Positions 39,554 to 50,878 are shown, counted from the stretch's first letter. The stretch is 64,000 bases of DNA from Paraglaciecola sp. (GCA_034111145.1 JAWUXU010000019.1:3123-67122), one strand, 5' to 3'. Notes: generated from the sequence alone by a model not told the origin. Program-made: numbers and translations.

Positions 39554-40652
39554 TTACAAACCAGATTTTAAACTGGCTTGAATAAATTTGTCTAAATCGC
39601 CGTCTAACACGGCTTGTGTATTGCGGGTTTCTACCCCAGTGCGTAAATCTTTAATCCGCGAGTCATCCAGTACATAAGAGCGTATTTGGCTGCCCCACCC
39701 TATGTCCGACTTTCCGTCTTCCATGGTTTGCTTTTCTTGGTTTTGTTTATGCATTTCATGTTCATACAGCTTGGCTTTTAACTGTTTCATAGCCTGTGCT
39801 TTGTTTTTGTGCTGTGAACGGTCATTTTGACATTGCACCACTATGTTGGTTGGTTCATGTGTAATGCGTACGGCCGAATCTGTTCGGTTAACGTGTTGAC
39901 CTCCGGCCCCCGAAGCACGATAAGTATCAATTCGTAAATCTGAAGGATCAATTTCAATTTCAATATCATCATCAACTTCAGGATAAGCAAAAGCAGACGC
40001 AAAAGATGTATGCCTGCGGCTACCAGAATCAAAAGGTGACTTTCTAACTAATCTATGAACGCCAGTCTCTGTGCGGATCCATCCAAAGGCATACTCACCA
40101 CTAAATTTAATAGTGGCACTTTTAATGCCGGCTACATCACCGTCAGATACTTCAATTAATTCAGTTTTAAAGCCATGCGCTTCGCCCCAACGTAAATACA
40201 TACGCAGTAGCATATTGGCCCAATCTTGTGCTTCGGTGCCTCCCGAGCCAGATTGAATATCAATATACCCATGGTTGGAGTCATTGGGGCCAGAAAACAT
40301 ACGTCTAAATTCGAGTATTTCAAGTTTTTTAACTAGCTCAGCAAGTTCAGACTCAGCCTCGTCAAATGTATCTTGATCTTCGGCCTCAACTGCCAGTTCT
40401 ACCAAGCCTTCAACGTCCTCAGTCCCCCGCTCTAACAGAACTATAGTTTCGACGACCAGCTCAAGAGACACTTTTTCTTTACCTAAGGCTTGAGCGCGCT
40501 CAGGCAGATCCCACACATCTGGGCTTTCTAATTCGCGATTAACTTCTTCAAGGCGTTCTTTCTTTTGATCATAGTCAAAGATACCCCCGAAGTGACTCTG
40601 CCCGGAGTCTGATATCCGCTAGCGCATTATGTACAGGATTGATTTCAAACAT
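39554..40652 (-). CDS. prfB: Peptide chain release factor 2 (365 aa after a programmed +1 frameshift)
   Basis: ATG at 40652 (MFEINPV...LRGYL) then CTT-TGA-C at 40580-40574; downstream frame carries SPF and GGQ motifs. Confidence 0.97.
40574..40588 (-). other. prfB programmed +1 ribosomal frameshift site with internal Shine-Dalgarno
   Basis: GGGGG-TAT-CTT-TGA-C at codons 25/26. Confidence 0.95.
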
Positions 40653-40746
40653 AAATTATAGGGTTTCACTCTATATATAAGGATGTAGATTTTAACGGAT
40701 TTTACACGCTAATAATAGAGAGAGTCTTAGAATTAACAGACTAGAC

Positions 40747-41619
40747 TTATTCTTTAGTTGCCATGCCTTTAAATTTGAATTTAGCTTTGTCTTTATTTTT
40801 TTCAGAATACCAATGTTCCATAAAATCAGCATAAATGGCTTGCTCAATTTCTATCGCTCGTTCAGTAGGGCAAAATATAGTAATTCCAATTTCGGTATCC
40901 CCAAGCTCCGTAGTTGAAACTTTAATATGTGGGTCAGGGCCAGCAATAGTAATTTCCAAACGCCTTTCAATCATATGATTATAGCGCACCGCCACATCGT
41001 AAAAATCTGCACAATAAGATTTTGCGTTCTCGACTATTTTATCAATAAATACGAAAGGATTGACACTTTGATCACGTGTGATGATGAAATGATGTGTGGC
41101 ATATCTTTTTAAAAAATTCAGATTTTTGATTGGGCTGGTCATCAATTTATTATTAGGAATAAACAACGTTTTACCTGTGTATTCGTAACTCTGAATATTA
41201 ACTTCCAGTAAAGTGGTTTTTATCCAATCTGTAGCCGAAACCTCGCCAACAAAATGGTCAACTTCAATCCAGTCTCCTATACGAAAAGGCCTAGTTGAAA
41301 CTAAATAGAAAAAGCCAATAACACATTGAATGAATTCTCGGGTTGCCAAGACAATAGCCACAGAAAAAGCGGCAATCGAAAAAGCGAATGTCTGCATTTC
41401 TTCTGCCCATAAGCTAAACAATGACACTATGAGTACAAGATTTAAAACGTTCTTAACGTTGTTAACTAAGTCTCTTTTATCTTCACCTTTGTTTTTAGCG
41501 TATTTGCGAAGTAATTTCACTAGTACGTATTTTGTCAAAAATGACAAAAAAATGATTGTAAAAGTTAAGGCCAGTTTATTTTCAGAAAAATTTTCAAAAA
41601 TATAATTTATGAATTCCAT
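40747..41619 (-). CDS. Small-conductance mechanosensitive channel (MscS family)
   Basis: Three TM segments, RPFRIGDWIE, IPNNKL. Confidence 0.9.
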   Translation of the reverse strand: MEFINYIFENFSENKLALTFTIIFLSFLTKYVLVKLLRKYAKNKGEDKRDLVNNVKNVLNLVLIVSLFSLWAEEMQTFAFSIAAFSVAIVLATREFIQCVIGFFYLVSTRPFRIGDWIEVDHFVGEVSATDWIKTTLLEVNIQSYEYTGKTLFIPNNKLMTSPIKNLNFLKRYATHHFIITRDQSVNPFVFIDKIVENAKSYCADFYDVAVRYNHMIERRLEITIAGPDPHIKVSTTELGDTEIGITIFCPTERAIEIEQAIYADFMEHWYSEKNKDKAKFKFKGMATKE

Positions 41620-41931
41620 ACAGGATATCTAGCTTGAAATGGTCTAAAAATAATTATTATACACAACTATGTATCAGAGCATATGTTGATTATTTACTTA
41701 TAAAAAAATAACGTTTTACCTAAAGCTCTGGCTGTAAATAATCTGCAACGTCACGAAATACTAGATATTAAAATTGTGCATATCTATTTTACCTAATACC
41801 TAAGCATTATTGAAACCACCACCTGACTCAGGTAGGAAAAACCTTGCCACCAGGCGATGTAAGTTCAGGCAGTAAGATATCTAAGCATAAAGGCACCACT
41901 AATACTTATCGGACTGCAACCCTAGCTAAAT

Positions 41932-42504
41932 TTAACCTTTCAATTTGCTTAAGATTTCGACCAGCTCTTTACCAAGAGATTTTAGCGCTTTTTCGGTTTT
42001 TTCATCCGTAATATCGCCTTGTTCATCAAATAATTTAAATGCCCCGCCCACAGCTTTTTGATTGGGTAACACCATAGTGCCTATGTTTTCCATCAACATA
42101 CGCAGTGCACCCAAGACCCGCAATCCGCCTAATCCACCAGGCGATGCTGCCATTATGGCAGCTACCTTACCTCGATAAGCTGCCATAGGTGCCTCATCGC
42201 CTGTTTTTCTAGATGCCCAATCAATAGCATTTTTAAATAAGCTGCTGTAGGAGCTATTATATTCAGGAGATGAAATTAAAAATCCGTCATGACTTATCAG
42301 TAATTCTTTAAAGGCTTGAGCATCCACAGGCATGCCGTGTTCAGCTTCTAAGTCTTCATTAAAAATAGGCATAGCAAAATCTTCAAGATTAACGATCGTT
42401 ACCTCTGCTCCGGCTTCTTCAGCACCTTTCGCAGCGACTGCTAATACCTTTTTATTAACTGAATCTTTTCTACCACTACCCGAAAAGGCTAGGATCTTAA
42501 CCAT
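41932..42504 (-). CDS. NADPH-dependent FMN reductase
   Basis: SGSGRKDSVN, SPEYN, KNAIDW, SPGGLGG. Confidence 0.92.
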   Translation of the reverse strand: MVKILAFSGSGRKDSVNKKVLAVAAKGAEEAGAEVTIVNLEDFAMPIFNEDLEAEHGMPVDAQAFKELLISHDGFLISSPEYNSSYSSLFKNAIDWASRKTGDEAPMAAYRGKVAAIMAASPGGLGGLRVLGALRMLMENIGTMVLPNQKAVGGAFKLFDEQGDITDEKTEKALKSLGKELVEILSKLKG

Positions 42505-42631
42505 ATTAGTTGTCTCACTTATTATTAAATACTGTTAGATAAACCATACAGGATATTAAGTATGGTTAGTTCGAAATTATTTCATTTAAAATAAAAACAA
42601 CCCGCCAACTAACAGGTTGTTTGCTTTACTT

Positions 42632-42658
42632 GTAGTTCGGATCGCGCGGCGATCCTAC
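42632..42658. repeat. GTAG-type REP-like palindrome downstream of argS
   Basis: Minus strand reads GTAGGATCGC-CGC-GCGATCC; a GTAG is also present on the plus strand at 42632. Confidence 0.4.
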
Positions 42659-42691
42659 CGGCTAGTCATTTAACTCTCGAAGCTCGATTTT

Positions 42692-44422
42692 CTACATTTT
42701 TTCCATAGTCTCAATACCTAACAAGTCCAAACCTGACTGTAATGTTTTAGCGGTCAACTGAGCTAACATTAAACGACTATTTTTAGTCTGTTCATCAATG
42801 CCCTCTTTTAAGATTGGGCAAGCTTCGTAGAAACTCATAAACAAACTGGCGAGCTCGTATATATAGGTACACAGCACATGAGGTGTAGCTTCGCTTGATA
42901 CTTGTTTAATAGCTTCAACATATTGCATTAACTTGACTGCTAGCAGCTGTTCTTGAACTTCTTCTAGCAGGATATCGGCTTGTAAGTTCACGTCATCAAC
43001 ATCAGCCTTTCTGAAAATACTTTGTACTCGAGCATAAGCATACTGCAAATAAGGCGCGGTATTACCTTCAAAACTAAGCATGGTATCCCAGTTAAAAACA
43101 TAATCTGTAGTGCGATTTTTACTCAGATCAGCATATTTCACTGCTCCAATACCCACTTTGCCAGCAATAATTTTACGTTCTTGTGTCGACAAATCGGATT
43201 CACGTTTATTGATCAGTATTACAGCTCGTTCAATAGCTTCTTCTAATAGTTCGGCTAATTTAACGGTACCGCCGGTACGCGTTTTAAAAGGTTTACCGTC
43301 GCTGCCTAACATCATCCCAAATGGGCAATGTTCGTAACTTTGTTGTGCATTGATAAAGCCTGCTTTACGGGCAACAATTTCTGTTTGTTTAAAATGCAAA
43401 GCTTGACGGACATCTGTAAAAATTAATGTGCGATCAGCACCTAACTTTCCACAGCGATAACGAATAGCCGCTTGGTCGGTCGTAGCATATAAATATCCAC
43501 CCCCCGATTTTTGCACTATGTAGGCAGCGGGGTTGCCCTCTTTGTCGGCCATTTCCTGCAATAGAGCCACTTGTGCACCTTGACTTTCGACCACAATACC
43601 AGCTGCTTTAAGCTCTGCTACCGTTGCGGCCAAATCATTGTTGTAAGCACTTTCACCCATTACATCGGTACGTTGTAAACTAACATTGAGCGTTTTATAC
43701 ACTTTTTCACTGTGAACAATTGATAGATGTACAAACGTTTTCCATGAGCTCATACAGAGCTCATCACCTGCTTGTAATTTCACCACATTTTCACGGGATC
43801 TGTCGGCAAAGCCGTCTTCGTTATCAAAACGAAGCTTTGCTGCACGATAAAAGTCCTCTAAATCGGATAACTCTGCAACTCCCGCTGATTCGAGCTGATC
43901 GTCGAGATGCGCAATCAACATGCCAAACTGTGTGCCCCAGTCAGCCATGTGATTTTGACGAATAACCTTATGTCCTAAAAATTCAACGGTGTTCGCCAAG
44001 GAGTCACCAATAATGGTGCTACGCAAGTGACCCACGTGCATTTCTTTTGCCAGATTAGGCGCAGAGTAATCCACCACTACGGTTTGTTGTTTTTCGGTTT
44101 CTATAGCAAGGCGACTATCAGCGTTAGCCACTTGTAGTTGCTGGGCTAACCACTGGGGTTTAAGATAAATATTGATAAAACCTGGGCCTGCGACTTCAAG
44201 CTTTTCAACTTCGTCATCTAACTCGACGGCATCCACAATTTTTTGGGCAATATCTCGTGGGTTTTGTTTCAGCACTTTTGTTAATGCCATGGCACCATTA
44301 AATTGGTAATGTCCAAAACCGACACGGGTACTGCGACTAAGTGGCGCGGCTGTGCCTTCTGGTGCGCCTATGGCAGTAAGTGCGGCTTGAAATCTTGCTA
44401 GTAATAATGTGTGTAAATTCAT
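42692..44422 (-). CDS. argS: Arginine-tRNA ligase
   Basis: [35 protein letters not shown]. Confidence 0.98.
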   Translation of the reverse strand: MNLHTLLLARFQAALTAIGAPEGTAAPLSRSTRVGFGHYQFNGAMALTKVLKQNPRDIAQKIVDAVELDDEVEKLEVAGPGFINIYLKPQWLAQQLQVANADSRLAIETEKQQTVVVDYSAPNLAKEMHVGHLRSTIIGDSLANTVEFLGHKVIRQNHMADWGTQFGMLIAHLDDQLESAGVAELSDLEDFYRAAKLRFDNEDGFADRSRENVVKLQAGDELCMSSWKTFVHLSIVHSEKVYKTLNVSLQRTDVMGESAYNNDLAATVAELKAAGIVVESQGAQVALLQEMADKEGNPAAYIVQKSGGGYLYATTDQAAIRYRCGKLGADRTLIFTDVRQALHFKQTEIVARKAGFINAQQSYEHCPFGMMLGSDGKPFKTRTGGTVKLAELLEEAIERAVILINKRESDLSTQERKIIAGKVGIGAVKYADLSKNRTTDYVFNWDTMLSFEGNTAPYLQYAYARVQSIFRKADVDDVNLQADILLEEVQEQLLAVKLMQYVEAIKQVSSEATPHVLCTYIYELASLFMSFYEACPILKEGIDEQTKNSRLMLAQLTAKTLQSGLDLLGIETMEKM

Positions 44423-44468
44423 GTTTGCTCTTGTCTATAAAATACTTCAGGCTCTTAATAAATGTGTC

Positions 44469-46046
44469 TTAGTGCTCTCTGGTAGTGTGAAACTCAATAT
44501 CAGGATAACGTTCTTTGGCCAGAGATAAGTTTACTCTGGTAGGTGCAATATAAGCCAGATTATCACCGCCATCTAAAGACAAGTTGGCTTCTGCCTTGCG
44601 TCTGAATTCGTCAAGTTTTCTTGGATCTTTAGATGTTACCCACTGTGCGGTATACACGTTAATATGCTCATACATGGCATCTACATTGTATTCGCCTTTT
44701 AAACGCGCCACGACGACGTCAAACTGCAACACACCTACAGCCCCAACTATCAAATCGTTATTTTGTAACGGTCTGAACACTTGCACAGCACCTTCTTCAG
44801 CTAATTGAATTAAACCTTTTTGCAACTGTTTTTGTTTGAGCGGGTCTTTTAATCGAATACGTTTAAATAGTTCTGGGGCAAAATTAGGAATACCCGCAAA
44901 GCGAAACTTTTCGCCTGAGGTAAATGTATCGCCTATTTGAATAGAGCCATGATTATGCAGACCAATTATGTCACCCGCGTAAGCCACTTCTAATAACTCT
45001 CGATCGCTGGCTAAAAACGTCACTGCATCTGAAATCCTTACATCCTTGCCTATGCGGCTATGATGCATTTTCATGCCTTTTTCGTATTTGCCCGATACTA
45101 TGCGACAAAACGCAATACGATCGCGGTGTTTTGGATCCATATTGGCTTGTATTTTAAATACAAAACCACTGAACTTTTGTTCGTTTGATTCAACTTTGCG
45201 CTCACTGGTTCCACGCCCTTGAGGTAACGGTGCCCATTCAACCAAACCATCAAGCATATGATCAACACCAAAGTTACCCATAGCTGTACCAAAGAATACT
45301 GGTGTTAGTTCTCCAGCCAAAAATTCATCATGATTAAACTCGTGAGATGCTCCTTTGACCAGTTCAAGCATGTCTCGTATTTCTTCAGCATAAACACCGA
45401 TTGCTTTATCTAATTCAGGATTATGTAAACCTTTAACAACACGCAATTCTTGAATGGTGTGACCTAGGCCAGTTTTATAAAGATAAGTTTCATCTCTGAG
45501 CAGATGATATACACCTTTGAATTCTTTCCCCATTCCAATTGGCCAAGTGATAGGCGCACATTTGATATTCAGTACTTTTTCAACTTCATCTAATAAATCA
45601 ATCGGGTCGCGAGTATCTCTGTCGAGCTTATTCATAAAAGTAATAATGGGCGTGTCACGCAAACGCGTTACGTCCATGAGTTTTATGGTACGCGCTTCTA
45701 CACCTTTGGCTGCATCTATTACCATCAAACATGAATCTACAGCAGTTAATGTTCGATAAGTATCTTCTGAGAAATCTTCATGCCCCGGAGTATCTAACAA
45801 GTTTACTGTGCATTGACGATACGGAAATTGCATAACTGAGGTAGTGACAGATATACCCCGCTCCTTTTCCATCTCCATCCAGTCAGACTTAGCATGTTGC
45901 CCAGATTTTTTGCCTTTTACCGTTCCGGCTTTTTGTAATGCATTGCCGTACAACAATACTTTTTCTGTAATGGTGGTTTTACCCGCATCGGGGTGAGAGA
46001 TAATCGCAAAGGTGCGGCGTTTATCAACTTCTTGCTGAAAAGACAT
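44469..46046 (-). CDS. prfC: Peptide chain release factor 3
   Basis: [33 protein letters not shown]. Confidence 0.98.
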   Translation of the reverse strand: MSFQQEVDKRRTFAIISHPDAGKTTITEKVLLYGNALQKAGTVKGKKSGQHAKSDWMEMEKERGISVTTSVMQFPYRQCTVNLLDTPGHEDFSEDTYRTLTAVDSCLMVIDAAKGVEARTIKLMDVTRLRDTPIITFMNKLDRDTRDPIDLLDEVEKVLNIKCAPITWPIGMGKEFKGVYHLLRDETYLYKTGLGHTIQELRVVKGLHNPELDKAIGVYAEEIRDMLELVKGASHEFNHDEFLAGELTPVFFGTAMGNFGVDHMLDGLVEWAPLPQGRGTSERKVESNEQKFSGFVFKIQANMDPKHRDRIAFCRIVSGKYEKGMKMHHSRIGKDVRISDAVTFLASDRELLEVAYAGDIIGLHNHGSIQIGDTFTSGEKFRFAGIPNFAPELFKRIRLKDPLKQKQLQKGLIQLAEEGAVQVFRPLQNNDLIVGAVGVLQFDVVVARLKGEYNVDAMYEHINVYTAQWVTSKDPRKLDEFRRKAEANLSLDGGDNLAYIAPTRVNLSLAKERYPDIEFHTTREH

Positions 46047-46324
46047 GGGATACTCTTAGGTGAACTGGCTACCAGATAATTTGGTCAAGGATTGTATATG
46101 ACTCCGATAAAAAAGTCGCTGATCTGATGAAACTTTGTGTCTTAGTACACGGTTTTATTAGGCTCCATGCTTTTTACTATAATAAAGGTCGATATTTTCA
46201 CTATTTATTATTCTCTTTTGTATTTACTCAAACCGTTGTTTAAATTACATTATTTATTAATGTTTTTGTCCTACTTAAAATCTCACGCACACATCAACAT
46301 ATTGTCATCAAAAAAAGATTTAAT

Positions 46325-46583
46325 ATGCCTCGCAAAAAATTTTAGTGGCAATCAGGTCATTGCGCAAATAGGCAGGTTACACTCAAGAAGAACGTGCTCA
46401 ACAAGTAGGTATTAGCCGTGAAACTTTTTATGCTATTGAAAATGACAAATCTGAAAAATAGACAATATTGGGGTTAGTGTGGTGAATAAGTGGTGCTCTA
46501 TTTGCCGCCAAACAGCGTCCGAACAGACACGTAAATCTTTCTTATGTACCCTTATGGACTATTTCGGCTTTAGTTTATGCTAA
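46325..46583 (+). pseudogene. XRE-family HTH regulator pseudogene
   Basis: Hand translation: IRSLRK*AGYTQEERAQQVGISRETFYAIENDKSEK*, then after a frameshift VVNKWCSICRQTASEQTRKSFLCTLMDYFGFSLC*; stop TAG at 46369-46371. Confidence 0.8.
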
Positions 46584-46619
46584 TTTTCATTTAAGCCTAT
46601 TAATACTTGGTTATTTCTC

Positions 46620-46926
46620 CCCAGACCGTCACAACTTTCTTAGGAGGCTTTTTTGTATTTTTTGGTATTGCCGCCTTTGGCACACATTGGCTTTCGATCT
46701 TAATTATATAATTTTGTTAATTTTTACGTTGAGCATTTGCAGGACAGATATAAATGTCTTAAATGTCATCATCATTCTAGTTTTACAATTGATTTGGGAA
46801 AGTTTAGCCTGGAATACGCTTAATGATGAGAACCTGATTAGGGTGATCTTGTATTTAACTGCTATTTATATAACCTATTGTTTTCGTTATAGCTGCTCAG
46901 TAAGTTTTTTTGAGGGGTGGGTGTAA
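46620..46926 (+). pseudogene. Fragmented membrane-protein gene downstream of the XRE pseudogene
   Basis: Hydrophobic segments in shifting frames: FLGGFFVFFGIAAFG... and ...DINVLNVIIILVLQLIWE...LIRVILYLTAIY. Confidence 0.5.
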
Positions 46927-47513
46927 AACTGTAATAACTCCTTAGGCAAACGAATTACACTGATAATCATATTACATAACGCCCAAAATATCACTCCAAT
47001 CCAATCCATAATTAGGAAACGTGATGCCCGTAAACCCACTACTTTATGTTTAATAGCCTTAGTTAATCTGACCATTAGCTATTTTTTTCACAATACGCGC
47101 ATTCAAAATAAATAAATAAATCTGGTTATTTGATTATTATAGACCTACCCTTAATCAAACAACATTGCAAGAAGATACAATAGTTTTCCTTTTTATTGAA
47201 AGACACAATATTGTTTTTTACTATCTGATTTTTATATAATAAACCAGTTTATGTTTAGAGCATCTTTTTAATAGATAGATATATTAAGAATCATATTGTC
47301 TTTATAGGACTTTACGTTAAAAAATAATGTGAATTTATATTTTTAATAATGAACAATTAAAAGTGGAATTTACCTATTGTAAAATTAATTCACCTCGTGG
47401 AGTCAAATCCACATTTTTTTCAGTAGTATTAAGTTATAATATAATAGTTAGATTCATAGATATGAAAAATCACTACTCTAGTGCAGTTATAATAATAATA
47501 ATAGGATACAAAA

Positions 47514-47768
47514 ATGTATATTAATGGTGCCGACTTAAGAATAATGCGTCTTGATGCTGGGTTAACAACAGTTAAAATGGCAAAACTGGCTAACGTGAAA
47601 ACGCGTAAGACTTATGAAAATTGGGAAAAAAATATTGGTGCACCAAGCATGAACCAGTTTATTGCCATGTGTGTGGGTTGCAATTACAACTCATCTAAGT
47701 TTGTAAAATTGGCCGTTGATCGTCAAGACACTGCTGAAATTCTGAATGTGACAGCTGCACGTCGTTAA
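47514..47768 (+). CDS. XRE-family HTH protein
   Basis: LRIMRLDAGLTTVKMAKLANVKTRKTYENWEKNIGAPS; RBS AGGA. Confidence 0.85.
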   Translation: MYINGADLRIMRLDAGLTTVKMAKLANVKTRKTYENWEKNIGAPSMNQFIAMCVGCNYNSSKFVKLAVDRQDTAEILNVTAARR

Positions 47769-47776
47769 TTTTTATC

Positions 47777-47793
47777 TGGGGGCATGTCCCCCA
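47777..47793. terminator. GC hairpin between the convergent XRE gene and rimI
   Basis: TGGGGG-CATGT-CCCCCA. Confidence 0.5.
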
Positions 47794-47841
47794 CCGTTTA
47801 TTGATAATTTTTCCAATTATCTAGCTCAAAACATACAACTT

Positions 47842-48306
47842 TTATCCTAAATAACAACACATTATCAAAGCATCTTCTTTACCTTTTGCGCTAGGATAAT
47901 AATTCTCTCTCTGTTCCACTAAAATAAAACCGGCATCGTCATAAATATTAATTGCTGCAGCATTTGACTCACGCACTTCTAGCCAAATCTGTTGAATGTT
48001 ATTTTGGTTGCATTGATCCATTAAGTGTTTCAGTAAAGATTGACCTAAACCATTACCCCTATGCGCTGCGCTGACCACTATATCCATCAACGTCACTTCA
48101 TCTAAAACCTTCATACCAATGTAATAACCTAGTAGCTGTTCATCTTGATTGAGCGAATGAGCAAAATAAGGCTTAGTTAAACAGTCTTCAAATATCTTAC
48201 GAGACCAAGGTGAAAACTGCCCTTGTTTGTGCAGCTCAAAACAAGAGTCACTATTTTTTGTGGTTAGAGGGGAAAAATGAGGTTTCACCGGATTTATTGA
48301 TGTCAC
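47842..48306 (-). CDS. rimI: Ribosomal protein S18 alanine N-acetyltransferase
   Basis: PWS, RGNGLG, WLEVRESN.AA...Y...GF, R.NYYP....EDALIM. Confidence 0.93.
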   Translation of the reverse strand: MTSINPVKPHFSPLTTKNSDSCFELHKQGQFSPWSRKIFEDCLTKPYFAHSLNQDEQLLGYYIGMKVLDEVTLMDIVVSAAHRGNGLGQSLLKHLMDQCNQNNIQQIWLEVRESNAAAINIYDDAGFILVEQRENYYPSAKGKEDALIMCCYLG

Positions 48307-48313
48307 TGTCTAG

Positions 48314-48811
48314 TTAAATTTTTTCAAGAGATAAAACATTTTGTAACTCCTGCCAAAGTTGCTTTTTAATGTCTGAGTGATGTAACTCAGATAAATTTGG
48401 CGTAATCAATTGCTTGTTATTAAAACGGATTTTTTCGCCTTGGGTCCAACTAAGAGGATAATCTGAATAGTGACTCAGTTTATCGGTTGGAATATGTATT
48501 AGTTGCTTATGATCTAGACCTAGAGCAACTAATACATCGGTAAATATTTGAGACTTCGAGTCACTCTTTGAAAAATTCACTAGTACCGAATCTGTGGAGA
48601 CGCTTGTTTGTGTTTGCACTTTAAGTTGTTTTAACTTGGCTAGGGCATCATCTTTTGATAACACTTGAGGTGAAGTAGCAGCGGTTTTAGAAGCTTGCTT
48701 CTCAACCTTTTCTTGTGTTTTTTGGCCAGATAAGTGCCATGATGATATTCCCATCTCATTCAAAATTGCGCGTTGATAAGGACTTGGAACAAGATAAGAA
48801 GTATTTTTCAT
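48314..48811 (-). CDS. Putative DNA polymerase III psi subunit (HolD-like)
   Basis: Q...LNEMGISSW N-terminus, P.LS.L.....KKQLWQ C-terminus, and holD-rimI synteny. Confidence 0.55.
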   Translation of the reverse strand: MKNTSYLVPSPYQRAILNEMGISSWHLSGQKTQEKVEKQASKTAATSPQVLSKDDALAKLKQLKVQTQTSVSTDSVLVNFSKSDSKSQIFTDVLVALGLDHKQLIHIPTDKLSHYSDYPLSWTQGEKIRFNNKQLITPNLSELHHSDIKKQLWQELQNVLSLEKI

Positions 48812-48919
48812 TTTAACAGACTAACATGAATTCAATTTATATGAGTTAGGTTTAAAATAACTGTAATTAATATTTGTATTCAAACAAAAAAGTATTTAGG
48901 TATTACATTTAATAAAATT

Positions 48920-48996
48920 TGGCAGGGGTGGAGGGATTCGAACCCCCAACCATCGGTTTTGGAGACCGCTGTTCTACCAATTGGAACTACACCCCT
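48920..48996 (-). tRNA. tRNA-Trp (CCA)
   Basis: AGGGGTGTAGTTCCAATTGGTAGAACAGCGGTCT-CCA-AAACCGATGGTTGGGGGTTCGAATCCCTCCACCCCTGCCA: cloverleaf with encoded CCA end. Confidence 0.98.
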
Positions 48997-49009
48997 GCAT
49001 AAGAGTTGA

Positions 49010-49037
49010 ATTATACTGACGAGAAACAAAAGGTAAA
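49010..49037 (-). promoter_or_regulatory. Sigma-70 promoter of tRNA-Trp
   Basis: Minus strand TTTACC-N16-TATAAT, ending 13 nt upstream of the tRNA. Confidence 0.6.
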
Positions 49038-49139
49038 GTGATTTTGCTTTTACTATGAACATCTAATTAAAAACTGCACATCTAATGAACAACTGTACAT
49101 TTAACAAGCTATATAGGCAACGGATCCAGCGAAAGCAAC

Positions 49140-49931
49140 TTACGTTGACAGCAAAGCAGCCTGATACCAAAGTCTATTGGTTAATTCGACTAGGGGTTTC
49201 ATAATGCTTACTTTAGCGATCACCTCAGATAATTTTTGTTCGCTATACTGTGCATAATATGCATACAAATTAGCCTCATCTGCAGTACCAAGGTAATTGA
49301 TCGCTATACATGATGCCAAATCAAAATATGGACAGGAAATAGCGCAGTATTCCCAATCCAAAATCTTGCTTGGTTGAGCATAAGTAACATGAGATAAAGA
49401 TAAATCATTATGACAAAATACAGATTTGGTTGAACAGGCTTGATACCAGATAGCGGCATAATTATCGAGAGTTTGCTTTTCTGGAAGTGAAGTTGGCGCA
49501 TCAATCAAACGTATATAATGTTGCCATTGATGAGGTAAATCTAACTTTGGGGCATTTATCTTTGTGTTATGTATTATTGATAATGCAGACGCTAAACTTT
49601 TGGTGATGGTTAAACTAGATACGTCTGACTGCTCTAAAGTAGGAAAATCAAGCCATTGGTCAATTTGAAAGTTACGTGACTTTGATAGGTAGATGGGCTT
49701 CACTGCAAGCCCTTTACCAGCTAGTTCTAATTGAATGTCGAAAATTTTTTTTCTATCTAGCAATGCAATTTTGTCTGACTCAAACGCTTTCAAAAAATAG
49801 TTTTTATTTAATGATTCAAGGCGATAACTACTATTAACTGTGCCCCCGTTTAAATCCCTAAGATGAAAGTCTGAAGAAATAAAGTCCGAAGCGGCTAATT
49901 CAGCTTCCACCTTAATCTTTAAATTGTTCAT
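49140..49931 (-). CDS. APH/choline-kinase-fold phosphotransferase, probable thiamine kinase
   Basis: GGTVN, FCHNDL, ILDWEY, PYFDLA; last gene of a TPP-regulated operon. Confidence 0.8.
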   Translation of the reverse strand: MNNLKIKVEAELAASDFISSDFHLRDLNGGTVNSSYRLESLNKNYFLKAFESDKIALLDRKKIFDIQLELAGKGLAVKPIYLSKSRNFQIDQWLDFPTLEQSDVSSLTITKSLASALSIIHNTKINAPKLDLPHQWQHYIRLIDAPTSLPEKQTLDNYAAIWYQACSTKSVFCHNDLSLSHVTYAQPSKILDWEYCAISCPYFDLASCIAINYLGTADEANLYAYYAQYSEQKLSEVIAKVSIMKPLVELTNRLWYQAALLST

Positions 49932-50533
49932 ATAGTCTCTTTCTGATCTTCTACATTACTGGGTTCTACACGCCATTGAATAAACCCGTATATGGCAAAG
50001 CCTGCATAACATAAAAATAAGACCCCTGTTAACGCCAAATCTTTGGAAAAGTAAAGGTAGCCAGCAAATAGGTTTATTATGATCCAATACAACCAATTCT
50101 CTCGCACTTTATGCGCCACAAGCACGGTTGTGAAAACACTGAAAACCGTTATAAATGCATCTAGGTGTAAATAGTTTGTATCCAACACAGTACTCGAAAA
50201 GTGACTTAATATTAGGGCTCCAATAGCCAGCCCTGCAATACAAATTATATGCTTAGATATTGGCCAGCTTTGTACAAATAAACTATCCGAATTTTTATCA
50301 CGCCATTTTACCAAACCGTAAATGGCCATAATTAAATAGTAGAAATTAAGTATTGTATGAAAGGGTAAAGACACACTCCAAAAAAGCCAAGTGTAAATTC
50401 CAGTACTCACCAAAGCACATGGCCAACACCATATGTTTTGCCTCGCCGCTAGCCACACGTAAGCGACAGCAAAAGCAACGGCAACACCCTCCATAAAAGA
50501 TGTGGCAGCTAGTTGCGTAAGAAAACTCTCCAT
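49928..50533 (-). CDS. PnuC-family transporter, probable thiamine-specific (PnuT)
   Basis: QNIWCWP, LDAF.T, K..ENWLYWI; operon context. Confidence 0.88.
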   Translation of the reverse strand: MESFLTQLAATSFMEGVAVAFAVAYVWLAARQNIWCWPCALVSTGIYTWLFWSVSLPFHTILNFYYLIMAIYGLVKWRDKNSDSLFVQSWPISKHIICIAGLAIGALILSHFSSTVLDTNYLHLDAFITVFSVFTTVLVAHKVRENWLYWIIINLFAGYLYFSKDLALTGVLFLCYAGFAIYGFIQWRVEPSNVEDQKETI

Positions 50534-50790
50534 TAGATATCGGTACTCATTTTATCGCCATTTAAAAATTTACAGACAAATATAGCTTGCCCTACTTTTT
50601 GGTGACTACGTTGCATCTCTTCGGCTAACAACTGCATAGTGGGAAGATATTCACCACTTACCGTTGTGCTTGTGGCAGTTGTTAGCACCTTTATGTTTTC
50701 AAATGTATTCAAACGGTCAATAAATTCTTGAATTGGCTCAATGTATTGCTCTTTAAGGGGGTACATGGATATTTCGGCAACTAATTTCAT
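50533..50790 (-). CDS. YkoF/DUF77-like thiamine-binding protein
   Basis: EISMYPL...I..FI..L......T.TST.V.GE pattern; TPP operon context. Confidence 0.75.
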   Translation of the reverse strand: MKLVAEISMYPLKEQYIEPIQEFIDRLNTFENIKVLTTATSTTVSGEYLPTMQLLAEEMQRSHQKVGQAIFVCKFLNGDKMSTDI

Positions 50791-50878
50791 TTGTTATATG
50801 TCCTGAAAGAAGCAAGGACATAAGCCCCTGCAAAAAATGTTATGTGATGTCGTAAATTGACAAAATTAGGTGATAAAA

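Noticed and set aside
46167-46415. 82-aa ORF upstream of prfC
   Set aside because: Low-complexity AT-rich frame that only partly overlaps the XRE pseudogene.
48880-49062. 60-aa ORF on the minus strand
   Set aside because: It is a translation through tRNA-Trp and its promoter.
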